From positions 64,001 to 128,000 of the forward strand of contig CAWAWS010000006.1 of NCBI GenBank assembly GCA_963785725.1: a stretch of 64,000 nt of DNA, read 5' to 3'. Position 1 is the stretch's first letter; every line of letters begins with the position of its first letter. The position numbers and the translations under genes were made by a program. This DNA is from an uncultured delta proteobacterium (GTDB lineage: Bacteria > Myxococcota_A > Polyangia > Palsa-1104). Positions 34,296 to 45,171 of this stretch are shown one piece after another. The notes under the pieces were generated by a model, which searched no databases, was not told the DNA's origin, and worked only from the letters and a program-made list of their open reading frames with translations.

Positions 34296-35023
34296 CGGGG
34301 CATATCGACGCCCAACTCGCGGAGCTGCTGTTCGGAGATGTCAGCGCTGAGGACCGCCGGACGCTCGAGAAGCATGCGGCCGAATGTGCGCGCTGCGGAC
34401 AGGCGCTCACCGACGCGCTCGAAGACTTCAGCGCGCTCGCGTTGGCGCTCGATCCCGAGCCACCGCCGCCGGGCTTGCGCGCGCGAATTCTGGCGGCGGC
34501 CAAGCCACGGCCGCGCCAGCTCCTGCTCGACAAAGTGGCGCAGATCTTCGACCTGACGCGCGACAAGGCGCGGGCGCTCTTGGCCAAGCTCGACGATCCC
34601 GAGGCGTGGCAAGGCGGACCGGTCGAGCAGTCGTGGATGATGTTCGTCGACGAGGCGGGCCCGCTGCTCGACGGCGCCTTCTGCTCATTCGTGAAGCTCG
34701 ACCCCGACGTGCGCTGGCCGCCGCATCGCCACCTCGGCCAAGAGCAGATGCTGGTGCTCGAAGGCGGCTTTCGCGAGGACGACGGTCACGAAGTCCATCC
34801 GGGCGAGCTGCGCGTCATGGCGGCGGGCACCGAGCACGGCTTCACGAGCTTCGTCCACGAGGGCTGCCTGAGCGCGGCGATCGTCTACGGCGGCGTCGAG
34901 TTCCTGCAGCTCATCGACGCCGACGAGGCGCCGGCGCCGGGCGGCGCGACCAGCGAAAACGTGTCCGATGTCTCATCCGACGCGTCGGCCGATGCCGCGA
35001 TCGATGACGCCGCCAAACGGTGA
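34292..35023 (+). CDS. Anti-sigma factor: ZAS (HxxxCxxC) plus ChrR-like cupin
   Basis: KHAAECARC; PPHRH..EQMLVLEGGF..GTEH; ATGA overlap with the sigma gene. Confidence 0.82.
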   Translation: MTGHIDAQLAELLFGDVSAEDRRTLEKHAAECARCGQALTDALEDFSALALALDPEPPPPGLRARILAAAKPRPRQLLLDKVAQIFDLTRDKARALLAKLDDPEAWQGGPVEQSWMMFVDEAGPLLDGAFCSFVKLDPDVRWPPHRHLGQEQMLVLEGGFREDDGHEVHPGELRVMAAGTEHGFTSFVHEGCLSAAIVYGGVEFLQLIDADEAPAPGGATSENVSDVSSDASADAAIDDAAKR

Positions 35024-35035
35024 TATCATCCGCGC

Positions 35036-36766
35036 GTGATCGAGGTTGGCGCGACGGTTGGTAACTATCGGGTTCTGCAAAAGATCGGCGCCGGCGCCAT
35101 GGGCAACGTCTTTCTCGCCGAGCATCCCGTCATCGGCAAGCGCGTCGCGCTCAAGGTCATTCATCCCGAGCTGGCGTCGAACGAGGAGATGATCGCGCGC
35201 TTCTTCAACGAGGCCCGCGCGGTCACGCAGATCGGCCACGAGAACATCGTCGACGTGCAGGATTTCGGGCAGACGCCCGACGGCGACAGCTTCATCGTCA
35301 TGGAGCTGCTCGAAGGCTCCAGCCTCGGCGACAAGCTGAAAGCGGAAGGCACGCTGTCGATTCCGCGCGCCGTGCACGTGGCGATTCAGCTGGCCGACGG
35401 GCTGTCGGCGGCGCACGCGCGCGGCATCATTCATCGCGATCTCAAGCCCGACAACATCTTCCTCATTCAGCGCGGCGGCGATCCCGACTTCGTCAAGCTG
35501 CTCGACTTCGGCTTGGCGAAGCTGACCGGGCCGTCGCAGGCGATGAATCACCAGACCAAGACCGGCTCGCTCTTGGGAACGCCGCACTACATGGCGCCCG
35601 AGCAGGCCGAGAACATCAAGAAGGTCGACAATCGCGCCGACGTCTATTCGCTCGGCTGCATTCTGTTTCAGGTTCTGACGGGGCGGGTGCCGTTCCCGGG
35701 CGAAGGTTTCGGCGAGGTGCTCGTGCGCCACGTGCGCGAGCCGCCGCCCTTGCCGTCGCGGCTGAATCCGCAGGTGCCGCCGGCGCTGGAGAAGATCGTC
35801 CTGCACGCGCTGGCGAAGAAGCCGGAGTTTCGCTTCGCGTCGATGGACGAGTTCCGCGCGGCGCTGCGCGACCCGGAGCGCTTTGCGCAGTCGCTCGACG
35901 GCCAAGGCGGGATTCACATGACGCCCGATCAGCCGATGGCGGCCGTCGCGCCGCCGCCGGCGTTGGGCGGCAACTTTGCCGTCGGGGCGCCGCCGCCGGT
36001 GGGAAATTACGGGCCGCCGTCGACCGGTGTGCCGGGCGTGCCGGGGCCGCGCGTCAGCCACGAGGCCAAGACGATGCTGGCGCAGCCGGCGCCCGATTTG
36101 GCGGCGATTCAGAAGGCGGCGGCGGCGCAAAATGGCGCGGCGGCGGCGCAGCGACGGCCCGATCCGCAGCGCATCGTGCAGCCGAAGCCGGAGAAGTCGA
36201 CGGTGGCGCAGCCGATTCGCCCGCGCGCGCAGAAGTCGTCGCGCATGGGCTTGGCGGTGGCCGTCGGGCTCGCCATCGTCGCCGCCGGCGGCATCACCGG
36301 CTATGTGCTGCTCGGTCGCGGCGGCAAGGTCGCGGTCACGATCGTGACGACGCCGTCAGGCGCCGCCGTGCTCGACGGCGAGACGGCGCTCGGCGAGACC
36401 CCGCTCGTGGCGTCGCTCGAACGGAGCAGCGAGCCGCATATCTTGACGTTCAAGAAGGACGGATTCTTGAGCGCGCAGCGAAAAGTGACGCCGCAGGCGA
36501 ACACCAAGCTCGACGTCAAGCTGCTGGCCAAGCCGGCGCCCGAAGCCGACGACGCGCCGGCCGAGGTCGCGCCGGCGCCGACGCCGGTCACGCCGGTCGC
36601 CAAAGCGGCGCCGCCGGTCGCCAAAGCCGCGCCGCCGGTCGCGAAAAGCGCGCCCAAAACGGCGGTGGCCGACGACGCGACGGCGGAGAAAGCGGCGCCC
36701 AAGAAGCATCACACGCCGCCCAAGCTGCGTAAGGAAGACACGCTGATTCTCACGCCCAGCTTCTGA
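35036..36766 (+). CDS. Ser/Thr protein kinase with TM helix and PEGA domain
   Basis: GAGAMG, VALK, HRDLKPDN, DFG, GTPHYMAPE; C-terminal GETPL PEGA domain. Confidence 0.93.
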   Translation: MIEVGATVGNYRVLQKIGAGAMGNVFLAEHPVIGKRVALKVIHPELASNEEMIARFFNEARAVTQIGHENIVDVQDFGQTPDGDSFIVMELLEGSSLGDKLKAEGTLSIPRAVHVAIQLADGLSAAHARGIIHRDLKPDNIFLIQRGGDPDFVKLLDFGLAKLTGPSQAMNHQTKTGSLLGTPHYMAPEQAENIKKVDNRADVYSLGCILFQVLTGRVPFPGEGFGEVLVRHVREPPPLPSRLNPQVPPALEKIVLHALAKKPEFRFASMDEFRAALRDPERFAQSLDGQGGIHMTPDQPMAAVAPPPALGGNFAVGAPPPVGNYGPPSTGVPGVPGPRVSHEAKTMLAQPAPDLAAIQKAAAAQNGAAAAQRRPDPQRIVQPKPEKSTVAQPIRPRAQKSSRMGLAVAVGLAIVAAGGITGYVLLGRGGKVAVTIVTTPSGAAVLDGETALGETPLVASLERSSEPHILTFKKDGFLSAQRKVTPQANTKLDVKLLAKPAPEADDAPAEVAPAPTPVTPVAKAAPPVAKAAPPVAKSAPKTAVADDATAEKAAPKKHHTPPKLRKEDTLILTPSF

Positions 36767-36805
36767 TCCTGTGTCAAAGTACGCGCCGTGTCGATGGCCG
36801 TACCC

Positions 36806-39800
36806 ATGCAAAATCAGCTCGAATTAGGCATCCCTGGGTTCACTTACGCGGACCTGTATTCACCGCCGCGGCTGCGCGCGCTGTTCGAGCGCTGGCACGA
36901 AGGGCTGCACGCGACGAGCCCGGCGTTGGCCGCGCGCTACGACGCGCTGCGCGCCACGCAGGGCGACAACCTGACGCCGGTCGAGCTGTCGGAGCTGCTC
37001 GTCGAGCTGGCGCCGTCGGTGTCGCGCTTTGTCGTGCGGCTGTTCGGACCCGACGTCGAAGTCGCCTGGAACGAGCAGCGGGCGCGGGCCGAGTCCGAGC
37101 TGCAGGTCATGCGGTTCAAGGACGAGTTCGTCAAGCGCCGCGCGCTCAAGCGCAAAGCCGACGACTGTTCGCGCAGCGACGGCGACCGCGTCCTGCACGC
37201 GCTCGGCGTCGTCGGCGAGCGCGCGGACGACGAGCGCCACGTGGCGCTGGCGGTCCTGTCGCTGCTCGATCGCGAAGCGGAGCTGAAGAAGCGGCCCGTC
37301 GACGATCCCGAGCTGCTGGCGGTGCGCAACGATCTGACGGCGCTCGAGCAGTGGGTCGTGTCGCGCAAGCCCGAGCTCGGCAAGAAGTGGCTGTCGTTCA
37401 AGTTCGCGCCGCCGACGCCAGACGCGCTCAACCTCGTCGAGCTGCGCCGTCCGTCGCAGGAGTTGCGCGAGATGATCGTCGGGCCGAGCGAGCATCGCCG
37501 CGCCCGCGACGGCTTTCGGCTGACCGATCGGCGCATGACGCCGTCGCAAGTGCTGGCCGAGGTCGACTACTGCCTCTATTGCCACGATCGCGACAAAGAC
37601 TCGTGCTCGAAGGGCCTCAAAGACGCGAAGACCGGCGCCATCAAGCCCAACGCGCTCGGCATCGAGCTCAACGGCTGCCCGCTCGACGAGAAGATCTCGG
37701 AGATGCACATGCTGCGTCGTCAAGGCGACTCGGTGGGCGCGCTGGCGCTCGTGTGCATCGACAATCCGATGTGCCCCGGCACCGGCCACCGCATCTGCAA
37801 TGACTGCATGAAGGCGTGCATCTACCAGAAGCAAAAGCCGGTCGACATTCCGCAGATCGAGACCGGCATGCTGACGGACGTGCTGTCGCTGCCGTATGGC
37901 CTGGAGATTTACGGCCTGTTGACGCGCTGGAATCCGCTCGACGTCGCGCGGCCCTATGCGCTGCCCTATCGCGGCCAGGACGTGCTCGTCGTCGGGCTCG
38001 GGCCGGCCGGCTATACGCTCGCGCATCACCTGTTGAACGAAGGCTTCGGCGTCGTCGGCATCGATGGGCTGAAGCTCGAGCCGCTGCCGGTCGAGCTCGT
38101 CGGCGATTGGGAGCGCGGCCTGTTGCCGAAGCCGGTGCGCTCGTTCCAGTACGAAGAGCTCGACGAGCGCGTGCTCCTCGGCTTCGGCGGCGTGTCGGAG
38201 TACGGAATTACCGTCCGCTGGGACAAGAACTTCTTGGGCCTCATTTACGCGACGCTGCTGCGGCGCGACAAGTTCCGCGCTTACGGCGGCACGCGACTCG
38301 GCGGCACGCTGACGCTCGACGACGCCTGGCGGCTCGGCTTCGCGCACGTCGCCATCGCCGTCGGCGCCGGCAAGCCGACCATCATCGACATCGAGAACAA
38401 CCTCATTCGCGGCGTGCGCAAGGCGTCCGATTTCCTGATGGCGCTGCAGCTCACCGGCGCCTACAAGCGTTCGTCATTGGCGAATTTGCAGGTGCGCTTG
38501 CCGGCGATCGTCATCGGCGGTGGCTTGACCGGCATCGACACGGCGACCGAGCTGCTCGCCTATTACGTCGTGCAGGTCGAGAAGGTGCGCGAGCGTTACG
38601 ACGCGCTCGTGACGGCGTTCGGCGAGACGCGCGTGCGCTCCTCGTTCGACGGCGAAGAGATCGAGACGCTCGACGAGTTCGTGGCCCACGGTCGCGCCAT
38701 CGCCGCCGAGCGCGAGCAGGCCGCGGCCGCGTCGCGCGCGCCCAATTTCCAGCCGCTGCTCGACAAATGGGGCGGCGTGTCGCTCTGCTATCGCAAGAAG
38801 CTGACCGACTCGCCCGCTTATCGCCTCAACCACGAAGAGGTCGAAAAGTGTCTGGAAGAGGGGGTGCGCTTCATCGAAGGCTTGTCGCCGCTGGCGGCAA
38901 TTCCCGACGAGCGCGGCGCCGTGCGCGCCATGCGGTTCAAGAGCGCGGCCGGCGTGACGCTGGAGCTGCCGGCGCGCACCGTGTGCGTGGCCGCGGGAAC
39001 GTCGCCCAACACGATCTACGAGAAAGAGTTTCCCGGTACGTTTCAAATCGATCAGCGCGGGTTCTTCTCGCCGCATAAAGCGGTGCGCGACGGCGACCAA
39101 GTCGAGCTCGTCGCCGATCCCAACGGCTTTTTCACGTCGTATCTGCAAGACGGTCATACCGTCAGCTATTACGGCGACAATCATCCGCGTTATGCCGGCA
39201 GCGTCGTCAAAGCGATGGCGTCGGCCAAGCATGGCTACCGCTACGTGGCCGCGCTGTTCGGCGAAGCGCCCATCGCGACGGCGGCCGAGCAGGCGACGCG
39301 CGAGACGCACTGGAAGCAGCTCGCCGGCGCGCTCGACGACGGCATCCGCGCCACGGTCGTCGCCGTGAACCGGCTGACGCCGACGATCATCGAGGTCGTC
39401 GTGCGCGCGCCGTTCGCCGCCAGCCGCTTCAACCCCGGGCAGTTCTACCGCTTGCAGAACTTCGAGGCCAACAGCCCGCTCGTCGAAGGCACGCGCTTGG
39501 CGATGGAGGGCCTGGCGCTCACCGGCGCCTGGACCGATCCCGAGCGCGGCCTTCTGTCGCTCATCGTGCTCGAGATGGGCTCGTCGTCGCGGCTGTGCGC
39601 GGCGTTGAAGGTCGGCGAGCCCGTCGTCATCATGGGACCGACCGGCACGCCGACCGAGATTCCGACGGGCGAGACGGTCGTGCTCGCCGGCGGCGGCCTC
39701 GGCAACGCCGTCCTCTTCTCGATCGGAAAAGCGTTACGCGCCGCCGGCTGCCGCGTCGTCTATTTCGCCGCCTATCGCAGCCCGAGCGACGTCTTCAAAA

Positions 39801-40318
39801 TGGACGACATCGAAGCCGCCGGCGACGTCATCGTCTGGTCGACCGACTCGGCGCCGTCGGTGACGCCGCGGCGGCCGCAGGATCGCGCCTTCGTCGGCAA
39901 CGTCGTGCAAGCGATGATCGCCTACGCCGACGATCAGCTCGGCGGTCAGCCGGTGCCGTTCGGCGACGGCCAGCGCATCATCGCCATCGGCTCCGACCGC
40001 ATGATGCGCGCGGTCAAGGAGGCGCGTTACGGCGCGCTCGCCGGTCGTCTGCAGCCGGACCATCACGCCGTCGCCAGCATCAACTCGCCGATGCAGTGCA
40101 TGATGAAAGAGGTGTGCGCGCAGTGCTTGCAGAAGCACGTCGATCCGCGCACCGGCAAAGAGACGATCGTGTTCAGCTGCTTCAATCAGGATCAGCCGAT
40201 GGATCACGTCGACTTCACCAACCTGGCGCAGCGACTGCGGGCGAACACGGTGCAGGAGAAGCTGACGAACTTGTGGCTCGACAAGCTGCTCGCGCACGGC
40301 GATCTGCCGCGCATCTGA
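36806..40318 (+). CDS. GltD/NfnB-like Fe-S flavoprotein fused to an FNR/NfnA(PyrK)-like domain
   Basis: CLYCH..C..CP..CMKAC, GLGPAG, GGGLTG; C-terminal GPTG, GGGLG, MQCMMKEVCAQC...C. Confidence 0.8.
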   Translation: MQNQLELGIPGFTYADLYSPPRLRALFERWHEGLHATSPALAARYDALRATQGDNLTPVELSELLVELAPSVSRFVVRLFGPDVEVAWNEQRARAESELQVMRFKDEFVKRRALKRKADDCSRSDGDRVLHALGVVGERADDERHVALAVLSLLDREAELKKRPVDDPELLAVRNDLTALEQWVVSRKPELGKKWLSFKFAPPTPDALNLVELRRPSQELREMIVGPSEHRRARDGFRLTDRRMTPSQVLAEVDYCLYCHDRDKDSCSKGLKDAKTGAIKPNALGIELNGCPLDEKISEMHMLRRQGDSVGALALVCIDNPMCPGTGHRICNDCMKACIYQKQKPVDIPQIETGMLTDVLSLPYGLEIYGLLTRWNPLDVARPYALPYRGQDVLVVGLGPAGYTLAHHLLNEGFGVVGIDGLKLEPLPVELVGDWERGLLPKPVRSFQYEELDERVLLGFGGVSEYGITVRWDKNFLGLIYATLLRRDKFRAYGGTRLGGTLTLDDAWRLGFAHVAIAVGAGKPTIIDIENNLIRGVRKASDFLMALQLTGAYKRSSLANLQVRLPAIVIGGGLTGIDTATELLAYYVVQVEKVRERYDALVTAFGETRVRSSFDGEEIETLDEFVAHGRAIAAEREQAAAASRAPNFQPLLDKWGGVSLCYRKKLTDSPAYRLNHEEVEKCLEEGVRFIEGLSPLAAIPDERGAVRAMRFKSAAGVTLELPARTVCVAAGTSPNTIYEKEFPGTFQIDQRGFFSPHKAVRDGDQVELVADPNGFFTSYLQDGHTVSYYGDNHPRYAGSVVKAMASAKHGYRYVAALFGEAPIATAAEQATRETHWKQLAGALDDGIRATVVAVNRLTPTIIEVVVRAPFAASRFNPGQFYRLQNFEANSPLVEGTRLAMEGLALTGAWTDPERGLLSLIVLEMGSSSRLCAALKVGEPVVIMGPTGTPTEIPTGETVVLAGGGLGNAVLFSIGKALRAAGCRVVYFAAYRSPSDVFKMDDIEAAGDVIVWSTDSAPSVTPRRPQDRAFVGNVVQAMIAYADDQLGGQPVPFGDGQRIIAIGSDRMMRAVKEARYGALAGRLQPDHHAVASINSPMQCMMKEVCAQCLQKHVDPRTGKETIVFSCFNQDQPMDHVDFTNLAQRLRANTVQEKLTNLWLDKLLAHGDLPRI

Positions 40319-40437
40319 CGCTCGTATCGCGGAGCCGTGGGGGCAGATCGTCTCCGAGGTCCGCGACGGCAACGGCTTCCTCGTCGAGATCTGCTCGCCC
40401 GTCGCGCACTGACAATGCTGAAGTAACTGCTTCAGTA

Positions 40438-41137
40438 TTAGCCGCGTAATTGCTGAAGTGACTGCTTCAGTGTCTCCGGCAGCCGCTTCGTCGCTTCGCG
40501 GAACGTGAGGCCGCTCATGCGCGCGTGATGCTTGCGCACGAAGCGCGCCACCAGCTCCGGCCGCTTCTTCGACACGTCGCGCAGCACCCAGCCGATGGCC
40601 TTGCGGATGAAGAACTCTTTCTCCTCCAGCATCGGCGCGGCCAGCTCGGCGAAGAGCGCGAAGTCGCCGCCACCGGCGCGCATGACGTCGAGCTGCGCCA
40701 AGAGCGACGTGCGCCGCACCCAGAAGTCGGCGTCGGCGGCCCACTTGCGCAGCAGCGACGACGGATCGGCGGGCAGCGCGGCGGGGAAGATCTTCGTCGC
40801 CAGCCAGTCGACGTGCGCCCAGCAGGCCGACGTGCGAATGAGCCCGATGAGCCAGGTGGCGTCCTTCGGGCTCACGGAGATCGAGGTGGCGCTCGAGGAT
40901 TCCGACGGCCGCCGAGTGCAGGTCGAAGTTGCGCGTGGCGTAGAGCGCGTCGACGGCGCGGCGCAGCTCGGCGTGGGTCGTCAGCGTGGCGGCGAAGTCG
41001 CGGCTGGCGGCGCGCACGATGGCGGCGGTGACGCCGTGAAAGTCGAGCGCGCTCTTCATGTAGGCTTTGCTGGCGATGGCGCCGTCGGCGTCGCCTTCGG
41101 CCGTGAAGCGGCGGGTGAAGAATTCGACGGGGTTCAC
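40438..41137 (-). CDS. alkD: DNA alkylation repair protein (AlkD-like); apparent frameshift near 40875
   Basis: AYMK..FHGV N-terminus; WAHVD, FWVRR, EFFIRKAIGWVLR, REA. Confidence 0.82.
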
Positions 41138-41383
41138 GCGCGCATCGTACGACATTGGCCCCCGCCGTCGATCGCGAGGCCCAGCCGACCCATCGCGCAG
41201 CGCACTGCAAACAAGAGGTCGCACTCGTAGCCTTAGAGCCCCGTGGCATTCGGCATCGGCGATAGGGGAGACGTGCCCCGCGGCGCGATGTTTCGCGCGC
41301 GCTACATTCGCGTCATCCGCGGCGATCGCCCGGTTCGACCAGTCGGATCGCGAGTTGCTATGTGCGGTCGCGGAGGTGGGTCG

Positions 41384-42442
41384 ATGCGGCGTGCAGCGCT
41401 GGTCTTCGTCATGGGTATCTTGGGCGCGTGCGGATCGTCCGGCAGCTCGGGCGGCGTCGGCGGTAATGGCGGCGCCGGCGGAACGGGCACGGCCGGCGGC
41501 ACCGGCACAGCCGGCGGCACCGGCACGGCCGGCGGAACGGGCACGGCCGGCGGCACCGGCACGGCTGGCGGAACCGGCACGGCTGGCGGCGGCGGAACGG
41601 CCGGCGGCGGCGGCACGACGCCCGGCGGCACCTCGCCCAACCCGATCTACCTCCCGAAGCCGACCGGTACCTGCCCCGACTTCGTCAACGGCAGCGTCAC
41701 CTTCTCGCCCGCCGGCATCGCCGCCCGCAGCGCGCAGATCTGGATGTCGAGCAACGCCTCGACGATGCACGGCCCGCTCGTCTTCTATTGGTACGCCACG
41801 ACCAGCTCGACGCTCGAGGTCCTTTACGGCCTCGGACAAGACATCGTCGACGACATCGAAGCCAAAGGCGGCATGGTCATCGCGCCCGTCGAAGACGAGC
41901 CCAACGGCGTGAAGAACACCTTCCCGTGGTACCTCGTCACCAGCAACCGCATGGACGACATCCAAGTCGCCGACGAGATCGTCGCCTGCGCCATCCAAAA
42001 AGTGGGCATCGACACGAGCCGCATCTACTCGATGGGCATGAGCGCCGGCGCGCTGCAGACGACGCGCATGAGCTTCTTGCGCTCGGGCTATCTCGCCAGC
42101 GTCGCCACCTATTCGGGCGGCATCGAGCCCGGCGTCAGCGACGCCTTCCAGGACGCGACGAACAAGTATCCGGCGATGATCTTCGACGGCGGACCGACCG
42201 ACGACATCGACGGTCTCGACTTCCAGATGGCGAGCCAGACGTTTCAGACGACGCTACAAGGCGACGGCCACTTCGCGTTCATCTGCGATCACACGGCGGT
42301 CGCGCCCGGCCATCAGATTCCGCCGGCGCCGGCGCCGGCGAGCGTGTGGCAGTTCTTCCAGGATCATCCGTTCGGCACCAATCCGTCGCCGTACGCGGGC
42401 GGCTTCCCGAGCGGCTTCCTCTCGTACTGCGCGCTGCCGTAA
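41384..42442 (+). CDS. Alpha/beta-hydrolase lipoprotein (PHB depolymerase / esterase-like)
   Basis: Lipobox LGAC, (GTAGGT)n linker, GMSAG nucleophile, C-terminal GH. Confidence 0.75.
   Translation: MRRAALVFVMGILGACGSSGSSGGVGGNGGAGGTGTAGGTGTAGGTGTAGGTGTAGGTGTAGGTGTAGGGGTAGGGGTTPGGTSPNPIYLPKPTGTCPDFVNGSVTFSPAGIAARSAQIWMSSNASTMHGPLVFYWYATTSSTLEVLYGLGQDIVDDIEAKGGMVIAPVEDEPNGVKNTFPWYLVTSNRMDDIQVADEIVACAIQKVGIDTSRIYSMGMSAGALQTTRMSFLRSGYLASVATYSGGIEPGVSDAFQDATNKYPAMIFDGGPTDDIDGLDFQMASQTFQTTLQGDGHFAFICDHTAVAPGHQIPPAPAPASVWQFFQDHPFGTNPSPYAGGFPSGFLSYCALP
41474..41615 (+). repeat. 18-bp coding tandem repeat (GTAGGT linker)
   Basis: About 7 copies of GGCACGGCCGGCGGNACN. Confidence 0.8.
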
Positions 42443-42448
42443 CGCCGT

Positions 42449-43399
42449 TCACCGCCGGCGCGTGCTGACGGCCGCTTGCCCGATCCTCTGGTCAGTCGCT
42501 CGGCCAATCATAGGATTGTGCAAGCCGCAGTCGCTCGGGCGGATGCCGAAAAAACGACGGAATTCACGGCTGAACTGCGACTCGCTCTCGTAGCCGACGT
42601 CGCGCGCGGCGTGCTTCGCGGAGCTGCCGGCCTGCAGGAGCTGCTTGGCCCGCGTCAGCCGGATCCCTTTGACGTACTGCAGCGGCGACGTCGACGTCAT
42701 GGCCTTGAAGTGCTGATGGAACGTGGGCACGCTCATGTGCGCCAGCTTCGCCAGCGCCTCGATCGGCAGCCGCTCCGCGTAGCGCTCGGCGATGTGGCGC
42801 ATGACCCGCGTCAGCTGGCTCGTCGGCCCTTGCGACTGCGCCAGGCTGCGCAGCGCGCCGCCATGCGGTCCCTCGAGGACGTGAAAGAGGATCTCGCGCA
42901 GCGTCTGGCGCCCGAGCGCGCGCGTCGTGCGCTCGTCGCGCAGGCACGACATGAAGCGCAGCACCGTGCTCTCGAGCGCGCCGTCGAGCTTGGCGCGGAA
43001 CGCGCCGCGCACCGCCTTGGCCGTCGCCACGTAAGCATCGGGCTCGACGTCGGCGAGCAGCTCGCGCAAGAGCGTGAGGTCGATCTCGACGGCGAACGTG
43101 AGGACGGGCGACGCCGGCTGTGCGATCGTCTCGCACAGCATCGGCAAGGGCGAGAGCACCACGAGGTAATGCTGCGGGTCGTACACGATCGTCTCGTCGC
43201 CGAGGAAGCCGCGCTTCTCGCCTTGACCGACGAAGATCACGCAGGCGGGATAGAGCATCGGCGTCGGCTTCTCCGACTGGCTGAGCCGCCAGAGGAGAGC
43301 CCCGGGATAGCGCGCCTGATTCGGGCCCTCGTGCGGCGCCAGCGCGGCGATGGCGCCGGCGAGCGAGCTCGATTTCGGCGACCGGCGCGTGCGGCTCAT
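42449..43399 (-). CDS. AraC-family regulator
   Basis: AraC N-terminal domain; MSVPTFHQHFK..SPLQY..VGYESESQFSREF. Confidence 0.9.
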   Translation of the reverse strand: MSRTRRSPKSSSLAGAIAALAPHEGPNQARYPGALLWRLSQSEKPTPMLYPACVIFVGQGEKRGFLGDETIVYDPQHYLVVLSPLPMLCETIAQPASPVLTFAVEIDLTLLRELLADVEPDAYVATAKAVRGAFRAKLDGALESTVLRFMSCLRDERTTRALGRQTLREILFHVLEGPHGGALRSLAQSQGPTSQLTRVMRHIAERYAERLPIEALAKLAHMSVPTFHQHFKAMTSTSPLQYVKGIRLTRAKQLLQAGSSAKHAARDVGYESESQFSREFRRFFGIRPSDCGLHNPMIGRATDQRIGQAAVSTRRR

Positions 43400-43515
43400 T
43401 CGTTCATGATAGCACGGAGATCTAGTCGCTCATAGGATTAGGCAAGTCATCGAGAGAAGCGTGTATTCCCCGCCGCCGGCTCGGCAATTAGATTGGCTCT
43501 CGAAAGGAAACGAAC

Positions 43516-44289
43516 ATGTCGAACAAGAGCCAAGGGTCACTCGCCGGTCGCGTCGCGGTCATCTCGGGCGCCTCGAGCGGAATCGGCGCGGCGACGGCGC
43601 GCGCGCTGTCGGAAGCTGGAGCGCGGGTCGCGCTGCTCGCGCGGCGCAAGGGCAAGCTCGAGGCGCTCGCCGGCGCCATTCGCGACAAAGGCGGCGTGGC
43701 CGACGTCTACGAGGTCGACGTCACCAATCGCGCGGCGGTGGCGACGGCCGCCGCCAGCATCAAGCAGCGCGCCGGTCGCATCGACATCGTCGTCAACAAC
43801 GCCGGCGTCATGCTGCCGAACCCGATCGAAGCCCAGCGCTTCGATCAGTGGCAGCAGCAAGTCGACCTCAACATCAGCGGGCTCTTGAACGTGATCGGCG
43901 CCTTCACGCCGGCGCTGGTCGAGGCGGCGGCCGGCAAAGGACCAGCCGATCTCGTCAACATCTCGTCGATCGCCAGCAAGAACATCTTCCCGTACTTCGC
44001 CGTCTACAGCGGCACCAAGGCGTTCGTGAGCCACCTGTCGATCACGCTGCGCGCCGAGCTCGGCGGCAAAGGCGTGCGCGTCAGCGCCATCGAGCCGGGC
44101 ATCGTCGGCACCGAGCTGCAGGGCCACGTCGACTTCAAGGGCGCGCAGGATTGGCTGGCCGGCGCCAAGACGCAGATGGAGTTTCTCGAGCCGGAAGACG
44201 TGGCGGCGACGATCGCATTCACCGTCGGCGCGCCGAGACGCGTGAACCTGTCGCAGGTGACGATTATGCCGACCGGACAGGCGAGCTAA
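43516..44289 (+). CDS. SDR oxidoreductase
   Basis: GASSGIG, NNAG, YSGTK; divergent from araC. Confidence 0.9.
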   Translation: MSNKSQGSLAGRVAVISGASSGIGAATARALSEAGARVALLARRKGKLEALAGAIRDKGGVADVYEVDVTNRAAVATAAASIKQRAGRIDIVVNNAGVMLPNPIEAQRFDQWQQQVDLNISGLLNVIGAFTPALVEAAAGKGPADLVNISSIASKNIFPYFAVYSGTKAFVSHLSITLRAELGGKGVRVSAIEPGIVGTELQGHVDFKGAQDWLAGAKTQMEFLEPEDVAATIAFTVGAPRRVNLSQVTIMPTGQAS

Positions 44290-44298
44290 ACTTAGGCG

Positions 44299-45171
44299 TC
44301 AGGCGCGCAGCTGCACCGACTCGAACTCGGGCAGCGCGCGCCGCAGCTTCGCCTTCAGCCGATCCTCCAGCTGGCGCACGCGCTCGCGCGACAGGTTCAG
44401 GTGACGACCGATCTCGGCCAGCGTATCGGCCTCGTCGCACAAGAGACGGCGCGCCAAGATGTAGCGCTCGCGCTGGGTCAGACCGCGCGCCAGACCGTCG
44501 ATGCGCAGCCGCACCAGCTCGTCGCGCTGCATGCGCTCGAAGCGATCTTCCTGGCCTTCGGCGTGATCGTCGGCGAGCAGCTCGAGCTGTGTCGCGGCGC
44601 CGTCGCGGAAGGCGGCCGCGTCGAGCGACATGTCCTTCGACTCGAGCCGGCCGGTCATGTCGCGGATGCGCTCGGGCGAGGTGTTGAACTTGCGCGCCAG
44701 TCGCTCTTCGACGGCGGTTTCGCTGCCGGCCGGGCCGAGCGCGGCCGTGATCTTGGCGCGCTCGCGCGACATGCGGAAGAACAGCTTCGACTGCAGCGGC
44801 CCCGTGCCGACGCCGACCATCGACCACTGCTTGAGCACGTGCGCCAAGATGAGCGCGCGAATCCAATAGGCCGCGTAGGTCATGAAGCGCAGGTTGCGCG
44901 CCGGCTCGAAGCGCTTGACCGCCTCGCACAGCCCGATGTTGCCCTCTTCGACCAGATCGGCGACGCGAAAGCCGTAACCGCGATACTGCATGGCGATCTT
45001 GACCACGAAGCGCAGGTTGGCGCGCACCAGCCGATGCGCCGCGTCTTGGTCGCCGTGGCGACGCCAGCGACGGGCGAGCCGCAGCTCCTCGTCGCGCTCG
45101 AGCGGCTCGTATTCCGAGATGGCGGAGAGATAGGCGGAAAAGCTGGCGTCCTCCTGGAGCGGCCGGCCCAT
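44299..45171 (-). CDS. Sigma-32 (RpoH)-family sigma factor
   Basis: ANLRFVVKIA, EGNIGL, YAAYWIRA, QSKLFF RpoH-box-like, SRERVRQLE. Confidence 0.85.
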   Translation of the reverse strand: MGRPLQEDASFSAYLSAISEYEPLERDEELRLARRWRRHGDQDAAHRLVRANLRFVVKIAMQYRGYGFRVADLVEEGNIGLCEAVKRFEPARNLRFMTYAAYWIRALILAHVLKQWSMVGVGTGPLQSKLFFRMSRERAKITAALGPAGSETAVEERLARKFNTSPERIRDMTGRLESKDMSLDAAAFRDGAATQLELLADDHAEGQEDRFERMQRDELVRLRIDGLARGLTQRERYILARRLLCDEADTLAEIGRHLNLSRERVRQLEDRLKAKLRRALPEFESVQLRA

